Shown in pieces: positions 43,558 through 57,386 of a DNA stretch of 64,000 bases. The stretch spans positions 41,416,001-41,480,000 of the forward strand of contig OX597818.1 in the NCBI GenBank assembly GCA_951406725.2. Reading direction: 5' to 3'. The notes under the pieces are model-generated. The model ran no database searches, was not told the DNA's origin, and saw nothing but the letters and a program-made list of their open reading frames with translations. This stretch comes from Octopus vulgaris (lineage: Eukaryota). Numbering within the stretch: position 1 is the first letter of the stretch; every line of letters starts with the position of its first letter. The translations under genes were made by a program, and so were the position numbers.

Positions 43558-43916
43558 TATATTTATGAATTTGTGTTGCAGGATTCTTGATGTGAAACCG
43601 TGTGTTGAAACAGATATTATTATCTGGAGATGGTCTTATTCTTTTCCAAATAAACACACGCACTATTATATTCGTTCTTCACTCCTTTATTTACTGTTCT
43701 GTTTTTAACTCATGCCCATTGTCCGGAAATTTTTCGTCACACATCTGCGACCTCTTCAGCAACACTTTCTGTCCTCATATGTGTTCCTGTTCCAGTTGTA
43801 ATAAACGAGTGAAAAACGAATATATTGTGCGTATGTTTATTTGGCAAAAACAAACATGTCTGTTCGAAATATAACAATGTGTGTGTGTGTGTCTATATAT
43901 ATATATACACACACTC

Positions 43917-44306
43917 TTTTCTACTCTAGGAACAGGGCCCGAAATTTTGAGGGAGGGAGCTAGTCGATTAGATCCACCAAGCATGCAAACTGGCATTTAA
44001 TTTATAGACCCCGAAAGGATGAAAGGCAAAGTCGACCTCGGCGGAATTTGAACTAAGAGCGTAGCGGCAGACGAAATACCTATTTCTTTACTACCCACAA
44101 GGGGCTAGACACAGAGAGGACAAAGACAGACAAACCAATTAAGTTGATTATATCGACTCCAGTGCGTAATTGGTACTTTTTTAATCGATCCCGAAAGGAT
44201 GAAAGGCAAAGTCGACCTCAGTGGAATTTGAACTCAGAACGTAGCGCAGACGAAATACCGCTAAGCATTTCGCCCCGCGTGCTAACGTTTCTGCCAGCTC
44301 GCCGCC
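43917..44306 (-). mobile_element. SINE family B dimer (head plus two body units)
   Basis: Junction acgaaatac|ctatttcttt at ~44080. Confidence 0.8.
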
Positions 44307-44330
44307 ATATATATATACATACATACATAC

Positions 44331-44415
<85 letters not shown>

Positions 44416-45108
44416 CTGGTAGAATACCCGGCGTTGACCAGGATAAAATTTAGAGTGTACAAGTTATTATTTAATTTGTCATGAAAATTAATTTTCATGT
44501 AAGAAATTAAATTGTTTTACATTGCAACAGAAAGAATATCTCTGTGATGCTTAAAATTAAGTACTGGGGTCGATAAGATAAAGTACTGAGGTCGATTTCA
44601 TCAACTAAACCCTCCAGGACGGCACTCCAGCATAACAGCAGTCCACTAAATGAAACAGGGAAAATAATAAAACATTAAAATGTATGTTGGTGGGGTGAAA
44701 CACTGATGAGGTTCAATAATACCGAAATAAGTCCGTGGTTGTCTGCCTCTGCTAAACAAAAGATCAGAACCTCCATATTCTTAATTTCTTGAAATTACCT
44801 CCCCTTTTCTGTGTAAGTCGCTTAATTTCTTTCCTTCTTTATTTTTAAATTCTTAATTTTATTTTTATTTTTCTATTTTTTATTTTTTTATTTTTTTGCC
44901 TCCAAGTTATTTTCTTCCTCCAGGTGACAGGAAATTTTCCAATTAATAAAGTGCTGCGATATAAGTGAAGCGTACATCATTTTTAATATAATCTACATAC
45001 AGTAGTGATGTATATGCATATATGTAGACACACCTACATACAATATGTGTATATATATATATATATAAATATATGTACATATATATATTATATATATATA
45101 AACTCCTT

Positions 45109-45145
<37 letters not shown>

Positions 45146-45175
45146 TAAGTAATTAATTTCACCCTTTTATTATTA

Positions 45176-45236
<61 letters not shown>

Positions 45237-45318
45237 CATACACACACACACACAATATATATTATACATATATTATCAGTAAGTGGTATTATATATATGT
45301 GCGTGCGTGTGTGTATGC

Positions 45319-45398
<80 letters not shown>

Positions 45399-46809
45399 GT
45401 AATATGCGCGTGTGTGCCTCTATGTGTGTGCCTCTATGTAATTTTTGCACGCGTAGAGAGAGAAAGATAGAAAGATTGTTTTTTGTTTTTGTTTTTTTTA
45501 TCTTCTTTTCATATTTTTCAATACTTTCATATTTCAATACTTTTTCCTTTTTTTTTTAACCTGAAAGCGTTTTAGGGATTGAAAATATTGCTCCAGGGTA
45601 AAAATTTTGAATTGTGTCTGGTGTCGCTGTTTAATCTAAAACTATCAAAGGAATTCTTCCCACCACCTTCTCCTCCCTTCACCCCCTCCCTGCTCTATAT
45701 TGGAACAATCCCAACAACAGTTCTAGTTACAATGACGTCGTCGACTAAACTGGCAGCGCTCTCAACTGACAGCGCATACTTTTTCTTCTTTCTTTGCCTT
45801 CTTACTTTCTTCATCTTCTATTTTTATTTTATTTTATTTTCAATTTATTTTATTTTGTTTTTATATTTTTTTTTTGTTTACTTTCTTATTCCTTTCATTG
45901 TTTTTTGTTTTGTTTTTTTTTCTTTTTCTTTTCCTCTAAATGTAATTGGTTAAGAAAGAGAAGGCAAGTTCTCAAAGAAGGAAAGTCGAGATTGAAGATA
46001 CTCTCAGAACAGACTAGTTTATTTTTGTTATTTCTATTTATTTATTTATTTACTTATTTATTTCTTTATTGTCTTTTGTGGAATATATTGATGGAAAGAT
46101 GACTGTCAAGCCAAAGTTTTGTATTCTCTGAATAAGTGTTAGTGCTATTTTGTTTTAATTATTTGTTTTGTTTCCTGCTTATTTTCTACTTCTATGTTTT
46201 CTTTCCTTTGTTTTACATTACTGTATAATATTATCTAACATTTTTCTGTAACACTTCTTTCATCCTTGCATCACCTTACGTCCAATATGGGACAAGTACC
46301 TATCGCCGCAAGTGTTTGGTGTCACCAAACAAACTCGTGCTCACACACGCACACACAGAGCAAAGTGAGTGGAACAGACAAATAACCAAAAATAACAAGT
46401 GTAAAACAGAATATCTTAAAACATGCTTACTCGGCGGGAAACTTGCGGGCATATAGTAGCAGCAACGACTCTTACCCCCACCAAACGGCCTTCGTATTAG
46501 CATCGTGGGATCTTTTCGGTTTGAACGGCAGTTTTTAACATAATTTCTAGATAACTAAAAAAATTTTAACTTCGTATACTGGTAGAATGTGTTTATAAAA
46601 CATCTTTTTCTCTTGGAAAATCCTATAGTTTGTAAGATATTTGTTGTTTTTTTCTTCAATTTCTGCAATTTCAACCAATCACTGACGTCTATTGAGGTAA
46701 AAAAACATTCTGTGCCGTATGAATATGTCCCTCGTTTACGAAACAGATTGGGTTTATTTACATTTGTGAAGAAAAAAAGATACTTTTCCCCCCACCCCTA
46801 ACCCTAAAT

Positions 46810-47015
46810 TCGGTCGGGTGAAGTCGCAGAAATACTCCAAAAACTACTTCTGACTCATTCCGGAGATGCGGTAAAGAGCCAAATGTTGCTGCCACACATA
46901 TGACCTTCCAGCAGAATCCATACCCAACTAAGGATTGACCATAGTTTCCAGCAGCTTCGCATAATATTCTGAATTGAGCTCAAAGCCCTGTCCAATGATG
47001 TGTGGATGAATTCTA
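46810..47015 (-). mobile_element. Tc1/mariner (maT/DD37D-like) transposase relic
   Basis: PHIIGQGFELNSEYYAKLLETMVNP*LG..AGRSYVWQQHLALYRISGMSQK*FLEYFCDFTRP resembles the YVWQQDSAP.H catalytic region. Confidence 0.6.
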
Positions 47016-47268
47016 CGTCTATGGCATCCATTCCTGCTGGCCGCGGCTTTGTAATCTCTGTTGCAGTTCCATGTCACGTCTCACAGCCTTTACAATGTTC
47101 GTAGAGCAGCAGATGGCTTCCAGTCCTCCATGTCAGCTAACTTTTTCTCAACTACAACTTTAAAATTTATGCTCTCCAACACCGTTGACTGTTCGCCAAT
47201 ATATCGAGCTATTCCTGAAGAAAAGAAGACATAAAAAGTCGTCAGATTCATCTTGATCACCATTCACC

Positions 47269-47350
<82 letters not shown>

Positions 47351-47358
47351 TGTATGTC

Positions 47359-47390
<32 letters not shown>

Positions 47391-47455
47391 TATATGCGCG
47401 TGTGTGTGTGTGTGTATGTATGTATGTATACATATATATATATATATACATACAA

Positions 47456-47537
<82 letters not shown>

Positions 47538-48218
47538 ATGTGTACAAACACACACCCAAATATATATATATATATATATGAATAGAAAATGGAGCTATAC
47601 AATTGTCAATTCAAAAATTAAATTTATTAACATAATTCTATATTATATTTTATTCTTATAATAATATAACTTAATAAATAATTAATATTAAGCACAAATT
47701 ATATACAATTGTTTCGATTATTAATCACAATAAAATCATAAAAATCATTTGTTTGTGGGTAAAAATCTCTTCAGTGTAATTTTTGACATATCAGAATTCA
47801 CATATTCACGGAAAGACTGAATTTTAATATATTTATGTTTTCAAGCGTAAGCGTCAATAATTAGAAACAAAAACAGATAAAAATAGAAAAAAACGGTCAT
47901 AAAATATATTTGTATACTATTAAGTATTTTAATCTAAATATATCTTAACGCATTAGGTTTTTTTTTTAAATACCAGGAACAATATTTTAAAAATATTTTT
48001 TTAAATATTTAATAACAAAACATGGTGAAATAAGAAATATCCCTTTCGTTCTTTCGTATTATTAAAAAATACATGTTATTATAATAAAAATACGCTATTT
48101 ATCAATGGGTAAATAGCAAAATATATTTAAAATACTATATCATCTCTAGTCAAATAGCAAATAATATTATAAATTGTATCGCATTATTTATGATAATCAT
48201 TACTAAAAATCAAAGATT

Positions 48219-48806
48219 AACAAGAGCACGCAAAGCGCGCAAACCTCCACCAAGGCAACACGAACGTCTTCTCAACGATAAGCCAGAGATGATTTTTAGA
48301 ATGAGAATATCTGAAATAAACTCGACTGCTCTCACAAACGAAAATACTAAAAATAAACCCGACCGCTCTCAAAAATTAATTAAAAAAAAAAACGGAAAAA
48401 TAATTTAGAATCCTTGTCTAGTGTCTGATCGATCCCAATGGTAGTCACGGAATGTGAATGTGGCTGTAGAAAATTTAGTCACGGTAATAAATAGTTTATC
48501 TTTATCTAATACGAGCCAAATTCACCATTCAAAATAGTTACAGCCTAAAGGGAGATAATTCAGAAAGACTTGAAAGTTAACGTAAGAGTGTAATCATGTA
48601 AAGTAAATATAACAAATAATCCACAATCGTTGTCCGGTATCGGATCGATCCCAAAATCTAACATTTCGTGCCAGTCACGAGGCCAAACATCCCTGAAAGT
48701 TTTATCCGAATCCATCCAGCGAGTCTTGAGTAATCTTGTCTATGGACAAACAAACTAACAAACAACACTGAAAACAATACCTCCGTCTTCGCTGAGGCGG
48801 GGGTAA
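48219..48806. mobile_element. Helentron-associated non-autonomous element (HINE-like)
   Basis: Starts aacaagagc..acctccaccaagg and ends with the hairpin acctccgtc-ttcgct-gaggcggggt-aa; internal repeated gatcgatcccaa. Confidence 0.55.
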
Positions 48807-49689
48807 TATCTAAAAATTACGTAGTTTATATAGCAAAAAAACTTTCTAAAAAATAATATCATAATAACATTATTGCGTAGAAATTAAATAAACGCTGAAT
48901 TAACCAGTTATACCCCCACCAAAAAATTAATCATAAGTACTTCGTAGATGTCTTTTTGATAATTATTCACTTCCATACTAAAAAAAAAAATAATTAAAAT
49001 TACTTACTTAGTTTTTTAGAGCAAAGATTTCATCGTAATGTTTATAGGCTTTTATATTTATGGAAGAATAGAAGAGACATAATTTCACAAAAGTAATTTA
49101 CAAAGTATGTTTTTATTATGGTGTTAGGACATGAAATGTAAAAGCCGGACTAGACTATTTTATGCGCAACTCGATTGTCTCCCAAGACAAAAAGGATGCC
49201 AACCAACCATCCAACAATAAATATTATTTATGCAAGAATAATTTTTATCTATACTAAATAAATAAATTAAAATTTCTTATTTTCAGGGGAAATAATTCAC
49301 TTTAAATCAATATGTTTATAATTTAATGCATTCATAATATAATACTAGAAATTATACTGTTGTTACTAGCGTTAGTCGTTAGCCCGGTAAGCTGGTAAAC
49401 CCATTAGTGCGTCGTTGAAAAAATGACTGTGTGGTAAGAAGCTTGCTTCCCAACCACATGGTTCCAGGTTCAGTCCCTTTGATTACCATTTTATTCTGGT
49501 TGACCCTCATAGCCATTCAATGTTTAAAAACTAGTTTTATAGATACTTCTTTCGAAGTTTCTACTTCGTTTTTCACACGTTCACTCGAGCAAGTTTGCAA
49601 CAGCACTCTCTGAGAGAACATGTTTTATTGTCCGGAAACATGTTGAACAATGTAAAATGTGGGAGAAAGAAACTTAGTTTTGTTTCTTG

Positions 49690-50085
49690 TCTATATATAC
49701 AAAGCTGAAGTTGTTTGTGTGTGGCAGGTTTGGTAGCTTTCAACTAACACTATCTCCTACGAGACCTTGCGGCGCAAGTTGACCAAAATTGAGAGTATGA
49801 TAGCAGAAGGCTTGCTCTTCATTCTGTAGGAGAAAAATTCAAATCGCACCATGTTAAAACCAAAAATTATTTACATCAAAAAGGTGCTTTTTTTTTCTAT
49901 GAAAATCCCTATTTTTTACAATTTTTTGACTGCTGTATCGCCATTTTTCGGTGTGTTTCATCCAGAAAAATGTTCACTTAAAGAGAATAACAAGCAACAT
50001 ATTGCAAAATTTTTACTTTTCAAAAATTTCAATTCTAAAGGGTAAAAAAAAACTAAACCCGAGCAACGCCGGGTAATACTGCTAG
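49690..50085 (+). mobile_element. Non-autonomous Helitron (second internal-sequence type)
   Basis: 5' TCTATATATA; 3' acccgagcaacgccgggt hairpin, then CTAG|T at 50082-50086. Confidence 0.75.
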
Positions 50086-50103
50086 TAATAAATATATCTA
50101 AAC

Positions 50104-50490
50104 AGGCGCAGACGTGGCTGTGTGGTAAGAAGCTTGCTTCACATTTACATGGTTCTGGGTTCAGCCCCTGACTCCTGCGTGACACCTTGGGCAACTGTGT
50201 TCTGCCATAGCCTCGGGTCGACGAAAGCCTTGTGAGTGGATTTGGTTGACAGAAACTGAAATAAGCCCGTCGTGTATGCGTGTTGTGTGTGTGTGTGTGT
50301 GGGGGCGTGTGTGTGTGTGTGTTTTTGACCCCTCCCCCATCACTGTTTTACAACCAGTGTTGGTGTGTTTATGTCCCCGTAACATTAGCGGTTCGGCAAA
50401 AGCGATCCGATAGAATAAGTACTAGGCTCAAGAAATAAAACCTGGGATCGATTATTTGTTCGACTAAAACGACCCTTCGAGGCGGTGTTC
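50104..50490 (+). mobile_element. SINE family A, diverged
   Basis: Head and body are recognisable. Confidence 0.75.
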
Positions 50491-50731
50491 CAGAATAAAT
50501 CTTTGGATTTTTTTTGATTTTTTCATGGACACTTAAAATACTTCTGTGGATAACAATTTACTATTTTGCTTACGTGGAACCCCAGAAAAAAAAATCTTAT
50601 ATATGGTCTTAATCAAAATAAATGTTGCTTGTTGTCGTCGTTGTTCTTGATGCTGATGCTGTAGCTTGGCCTAGTTCAGCTCTGATTGAACAGACCTATG
50701 ATGAGAGAATGTTCTAGCAGTGACTAACACT

Positions 50732-51177
50732 CTTTTACTCTTTTACTCTTTTACTTGTTTCAGTCATCTGACTGCGGCCATGCTGGAGCACCGCCTTTTG
50801 TCGAGAAAATCGACCCCGGGACTTATTCTTTGTAAGCCCAGTACTTATTCTATCGGTCTCTTTTGCCGAACCGCTAAGTGACGGGGACGTAAACACACCA
50901 GCATCAGTTGTCAAGCAATGCTAGGGGGACAAACACAGACACACAAACACAGACACACAAACACACACACACAAACACACACACACACACACACACATAC
51001 ATATATACATATATACGACAGGCTTCTTTCAGTTTCCGTCTACCAAATCCACTCACAAGGCATTGGTCGGCCTGGGCTATAGCAGAAGACACTTGCCCAA
51101 GATGCCACGCAGTGGGACTGAACCCGGAACCATGTGGTTGGTTAGCAAGCTACTTACCACACAGCCACTCCTGCGCC
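50732..51177 (-). mobile_element. SINE family A, young subfamily, full length
   Basis: Near-identical to the 57190 and 61826 copies. Confidence 0.9.
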
Positions 51178-51957
51178 TATATATTTGTTTTCAAGAAATA
51201 GCGTGTACAAGACACATGAAAAATCTAAAGGGATAACCTTAACAAGTGATGTAATAGCACTGCTAACACAGTAGAACACGGTATTGACTTCTAAAGAAGT
51301 TTAATATACTTTGTTAGATATTATGGTTGCATAATACCTTGTCCCTACAAGCCATTAATGCGAAGTAACTGTCTTCGGAGGGAAATTTAGCCGCTATTTC
51401 TAACAAGTCGCGTAACCGCGTTGAGTCTTTCTCGACATTACTCATTCTTGAATGTAGGCCGGTGACATCTGTGACGAGGAGAATCGTTCTATTATTATAT
51501 AATCTGTCTGTCTGCCTTGTCTAAATACCTATTTCCCTACATACCTATTTCTGTACCTACTTACCTCGGTAGCTCCTGGTAAACTTTTTCAAAATCATTC
51601 TGGCTGAAATAGGGATACGTATGGAATAAGGTTTCTGTTTGTCCTTCGTAAAAAAAATCGAAGATACATGTTAAAATCTGATTTATTAATTTTGTTTATG
51701 CATATAACTTACCATGCATTAGTTGTCATTACTGACCTACATACTTACCTGTACGATTCAGGTTAACACCTGACGCCTGACGACATGTCATTGACCTCCG
51801 TTACAATTTAATCGTAGCTATAGACATGTTGCAATCATCGCCCCGCACCATCCTTTAACATACACACAAATATTTGCATATATACGTGTGTACACATACA
51901 ATCTTCTCGGTGTTGTTGGACTGCCTCGAGTTCTGTGGTTAATTTAACGTTTTGTGT

Positions 51958-52330
51958 GGAGGCGCAATGGCCCAGTGGTTGGGGCAGCGGACTCGCGGTC
52001 GTAGGATCGCGGTTTCGATTCCCAGACCGGGCGTTGTGAGTGTTTATTGAACGAAAACACCTAAAAGCTCCGGCAGGGGATGGTGGTGATCCCTGCTGTA
52101 CTCTTTCACCACAAATTTCTCTCACTCTTACTTCCTGTTTCTGTTGTAACTATATTTCAAAGGGCCGGCCTTGTCACCCTCTGTGTCACGCTGAATATCC
52201 CCAAGAACTACGTTAAGGGTGCACGTGTCTGTGGAGTGCTCAGCCACTTACACGTTAATTTCACGAGCAGGCTGTTCCGTTGATCGGATCAACCGGAACC
52301 CTCGTCGTCGTAACCGACGGAGTGCTTCCC
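51958..52330 (+). mobile_element. tRNA-derived SINE family C, full length
   Basis: ggaggcgcaatggcccagtggtt..ggactcgcggtcgtaggatcgcggtttcgattccc head with A/B boxes. Confidence 0.8.
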
Positions 52331-52614
52331 CCTAAACGTTTTGTGGTAACTGTAATTTGGAGCAATAATCTAGGCAACTGAGCTCGAATGTTTTCTTTAT
52401 GAGCAAACAGGGTTTCTTTTTTGTTGGAGTTGTGAATGATTTCAGAGTCCAACCAGTCAGTCGCCTGCACATCGTTGCCATCATAATAATATGCGCGGAA
52501 AGATGCATCACCGCTCATTATATACGTACGTACATACATACATACATACATACATACATACATACATACATACATACATGCATGCATACACGCATACACA
52601 CATACATACATACA

Positions 52615-52648
<34 letters not shown>

Positions 52649-52734
52649 CATGCATACACGCATACATACATATATACATACATACATACATACATACATG
52701 CATGCATACATACATACATACATACATACATACA

Positions 52735-52759
<25 letters not shown>

Positions 52760-52767
<8 letters not shown>

Positions 52768-52937
52768 GTGTATGCATGCATATATATATATACACAAATA
52801 TATCCATACATAGGTACATATGTACATACAGACTTACGCACATACAAACATGCATATATACATACATAGATACATACATGCAAGCATACATACATACATA
52901 CATACATGCATACATACATACATATGTGTATGCATGC

Positions 52938-52968
<31 letters not shown>

Positions 52969-53086
52969 CATATATCCATACTTAGGTACATATGTACATA
53001 CTGACTTACGCACATACAAACATGCATATATACATACATAGATACATAGATACATACATGCATACACACATACATACATACATACA

Positions 53087-53119
<33 letters not shown>

Positions 53120-53240
53120 GTGTATGCATGCATATATATATACACATATATATCCATACTTAGGTACATACGTACATACTGACTTACGCACATACAAACA
53201 TGCATATATACATACATAGATACATACATGCATACATACA

Positions 53241-53273
<33 letters not shown>

Positions 53274-53416
53274 GTGTATGCATGCATATATATACACATA
53301 TATATCCATACTTAGGTACATACGTACATACAGACTTACGCACATACAAACATGCATACATACATACATACATACATGCATGCATACACGCATACATACA
53401 TACATACATACATACA

Positions 53417-53449
<33 letters not shown>

Positions 53450-53720
53450 GTGTATGCATGCATATATATATACACAAATATATCCATACATAGGTACATA
53501 CGTACATACTGACTTACGCACATACAAACATGCATATATATACATACATAGATACATACATACATAGTATATATGTGTATGCATGCATATATATATACAC
53601 AAATATATCCATACATAGGTACATACGTACATACAGACTTACGCTCATACAAATATGCATATATACATACATAGATGCATACATAGATACATACATAGAT
53701 ACATACATGCATGCACGCAT
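52760..53720. repeat. Minisatellite of ~125-180 bp units (6 copies) built from microsatellites
   Basis: Anchor taggtacata..gacttacgc recurs at ~52831, 53003, 53181, 53333, 53511 and 53636. Confidence 0.9.
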
Positions 53721-53763
53721 GCATACATACATACATACATACATACACACATACGCACATACA

Positions 53764-53795
<32 letters not shown>

Positions 53796-53851
53796 ACAGA
53801 CATGCATGCATTTACAAGCATGGTGGAACTACCCCACTATATATATATTTC

Positions 53852-53973
<122 letters not shown>

Positions 53974-54122
53974 TCTATGTATCTATCTCTATTTCCTTTT
54001 TTTTTTCCATTTCTCTGCCCTATCTCCCTCTCTTCCTCTCTGTTCCGCCTCATTCTCTCTTTCGCCTCCCCTGAAACATGATGTTCCTAACGCATTGCCA
54101 TCCCCTCCCCATTGCATACCTA

Positions 54123-54161
<39 letters not shown>

Positions 54162-54503
54162 CACACACACAGCATATGTTAGCACAGACACATGTGGAAA
54201 ACATGCTGTAACTGTACAATAGCCATCCTTAGTTCAAATTTGCTCTTCATCTTCATCTTTTCGAGGTGGATAAAATATGCACCAGTTGAGGACTGGGCAG
54301 GGGGTGTCGATGTAATCGACTAAGCCCTCTTCTAACAAATTTCAGATTTTGTGACTCTAGTGGATGAAAAAAAATTTTTTGATGGTGGTTTTTTACTTAG
54401 GCACAAGGCACAAGGCACAAGGTAGTCAAATACAGCGACACCAGTAGTTTAACTTGCTTAACTAAGTTAAATACTGGTACATTATTTTATCATTCCCAAA
54501 AAG

Positions 54504-54848
54504 CAACCACATGGTTCCGGGTTCAGTCCCACTGCGTGGCACCTTGGACAAATGTCTTCTCTTATAGCCTCGGGCCGACCAAAGAATTGTGAGTGGATTT
54601 GGTAGACGGAAACTGAAAGAAGCCCGTCGTATGTATATATATATATGTGTGTGTGTGTGTATGAAAAGGTGTATGTTTGTGTGTCTGTGCTTGACAACCG
54701 ATGCTGGTATGTTTACGTCCCCGTAACTTAGCAGATAGAATAAGTACTAGGCTTGCAAAGAATAAGTCCTGGGGTTGATTTTCTTGACTAAAGGCGGTGT
54801 TCCAGCGTGGCTGCAGTCAAATAACTGAAACAAATAAAAGAATAAAAG
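54504..54848 (+). mobile_element. SINE family A, 5'-truncated
   Basis: Family body and tail. Confidence 0.8.
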
Positions 54849-54914
54849 GAAAAAGTATGAAAGGATAACTTTAACCTGGGTATGATTTGAAACTCAATAC
54901 AATAGTCATCTTAA

Positions 54915-55460
54915 GGCGGCGAGCTGGCAGAAGCGTTAGAACGCAGAGCAAAATACTAAGCGGTATTTCGTCTGCCGCTACGTTCTGAGTTCAAATTCCG
55001 CTGAGGTTGACTTTGCCTTTCATCCTTTCGGGGTCAATTAAATAAGTACCAGTTACGCACTGGGGTCGATATAATCGACTAAATCCGATTGTCTGTCCTT
55101 CTTTGTCCCCTCTGTGTTTAGCCCCTTGTGGGTAATAAAGAAATAGGTACTTCGTCTGTCTTTACGTTCTGAGTTCAAATTCCGCCGAGGTCGACTTTGC
55201 TTTTCATCCTTTCGAGGTCGATAAGTTAAGTACCAGTTGTGTACTGGGGTCGATCGAATTGACTGCCCTCCGCCCAAAGATTTCGAGCCTTGTGCTTAGA
55301 GTAGAAAAGAATAATACCTATTTCTTTATTACCCACAAGGGGCTGAACATAGAGGGGACAAACATGGACAGACATAGGTATTAAGTCGATTATATCGACC
55401 CCAGTGCTTAACTGGTACTTAATTTATCGACCCCGAAAGGATGAAAGGCAAAGTCGAACC
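54915..55460. mobile_element. SINE family B dimer (+, 54915-55310) abutting an inverted family B fragment (-, 55316-55460)
   Basis: Direct comparison with the 33168 and 18047 copies. Confidence 0.8.
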
Positions 55461-55526
55461 ATAGTGATCTAAAAATATGCAACACGTACACGTGAGTCTA
55501 ATAAAAATAAAGAACATATGCATGCG

Positions 55527-55585
<59 letters not shown>

Positions 55586-55909
55586 CCATGATCACATAGA
55601 CGCATACCCACAGAAGCACACATACACTGAGCAATCCAGTAAGCAACAGATATTGCATAGACACACATAGGCTACACATTCACACACACTCATGTATGCG
55701 TATACACATACATACACATATATTCTTAAACATGCACGCACACACACACAAACACATACACACACACACATGTATATACATACAGAAACATGCGTAATAA
55801 ACTACAATATATATTACATGCATATATACATACATACATACATACATACATACATACATACATACACATTCACACAAGCACACACACAGGTACATAGTCA
55901 GCACACATT

Positions 55910-55999
<90 letters not shown>

Positions 56000-56414
56000 A
56001 CATACACGTATACACACAGATATATATACACTTACACACACACTTGGCAATTTAGCTTGCAAAATATGCTACACAAGCATACACACTTACACACACACAC
56101 ACACACGCATACACACAACCGCGCACACACATATACACAAATACACACAACCGCGCATACACGCATACACATATACACACTTAGACACATACCCAGACAC
56201 ACACACACGCGATTTACAATGCACGTGCAGACGAACACCAGCCGAGAGAAGACATTTTAAAGACATTTTTTTTTTCACCAAAAGTCGCGTTTTTGTGGGA
56301 TTTTTTTTTTTACTTTTGCTGTATTGTTGGACTTTTTTTTGTTTTTGTTTTTTTTTTACAATTCAGTAAATTTTAGTGTTTAAGGAGAGAGAAAGATCGT
56401 TGTTTACTGGTTGA

Positions 56415-56429
56415 AAGTGGTGATTGTGA

Positions 56430-56478
<49 letters not shown>

Positions 56479-56711
56479 GGTGGTGGTGGTGGTGGTGGTG
56501 GTGGTGGTGGTGGTAGTGGTGGTAGTAGTAGTAGTGGTAGGAGGAGGAGGAGGAGGAGGAGGAGGAGTAGTGGTGGTGGTGGTGGTGGTAGTAGTAGTAG
56601 TAGTAATGGTAGTGGTTGTGGTGGTGGTGAAAGTAGTAGTAGTAGTAGTAATGGTAGTGGTTGTGGTGGTGGTTGTGGTAGTAGTAATGGTAGTGGTTGT
56701 GGTGATTGTGA

Positions 56712-56785
<74 letters not shown>

Positions 56786-56935
56786 GTAATGGTAGTGGTG
56801 GTGGTGGTGGTGGTGGTGGTCGTCGTCGTCGTCGTCGTCGTTGTCGTGGTCATGTGGCGGTTGTTAGTAGCAGTAGCAGTAGCAGTAGCAGTGATGGTGG
56901 AGGAAGTGGTGGTGATGGTGGTAGTAGTAGTAATA
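56415..56935. repeat. (GTA/GTG/GGA/GTC)n compound trinucleotide tract
   Basis: Read directly; explains the poly-T and poly-V ORFs. Confidence 0.95.
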
Positions 56936-57189
56936 GTATAGAGGTTCTTTTCCATATTTATTTGCTTTCATTTAAAATTTTTTGTTTATTTGTTTAGTTT
57001 ACAATTTATGAACATCAACAGCAGTCATTTAACAAAAAAAATAAATTTCCAAAACCAAGAAAAAATATTTACATTAAACTGTAAATTAAAAAAAAAAAAA
57101 AAAAACAAGAGCCATGATTCAAAAGGTTTGTGAGTGGCGAATGGAGAGACTAAAATGTAAATATTGATAAAGAGAAAAAAACTCTTTGA

Positions 57190-57355
57190 AGGCGCAGGAG
57201 TGGCTGTGTGGTAAGTAGCTTGCTAACCAACCACATGGTTCCGGGTTCAGTCCCACTGCGTGGCATCTTGGGCAAGTGTCTTCTGCTATAGCCCCGGGCC
57301 GACCAATACCTTGTGAGTGGATTTGGTAGACGGAAACTGAAAGAAGCCTGTCGTA

Positions 57356-57386
<31 letters not shown>

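Noticed and set aside
46795-46808. ccctaaccctaa telomere-like motif
   Set aside because: Only two units, at the edge of a probable dispersed repeat; not an interstitial telomeric array.
51958-52035. tRNA-like sequence (also the heads at 25265, 57190 and others)
   Set aside because: Runs on into SINE bodies and lacks a paired acceptor stem; these are SINE heads, not tRNA genes.
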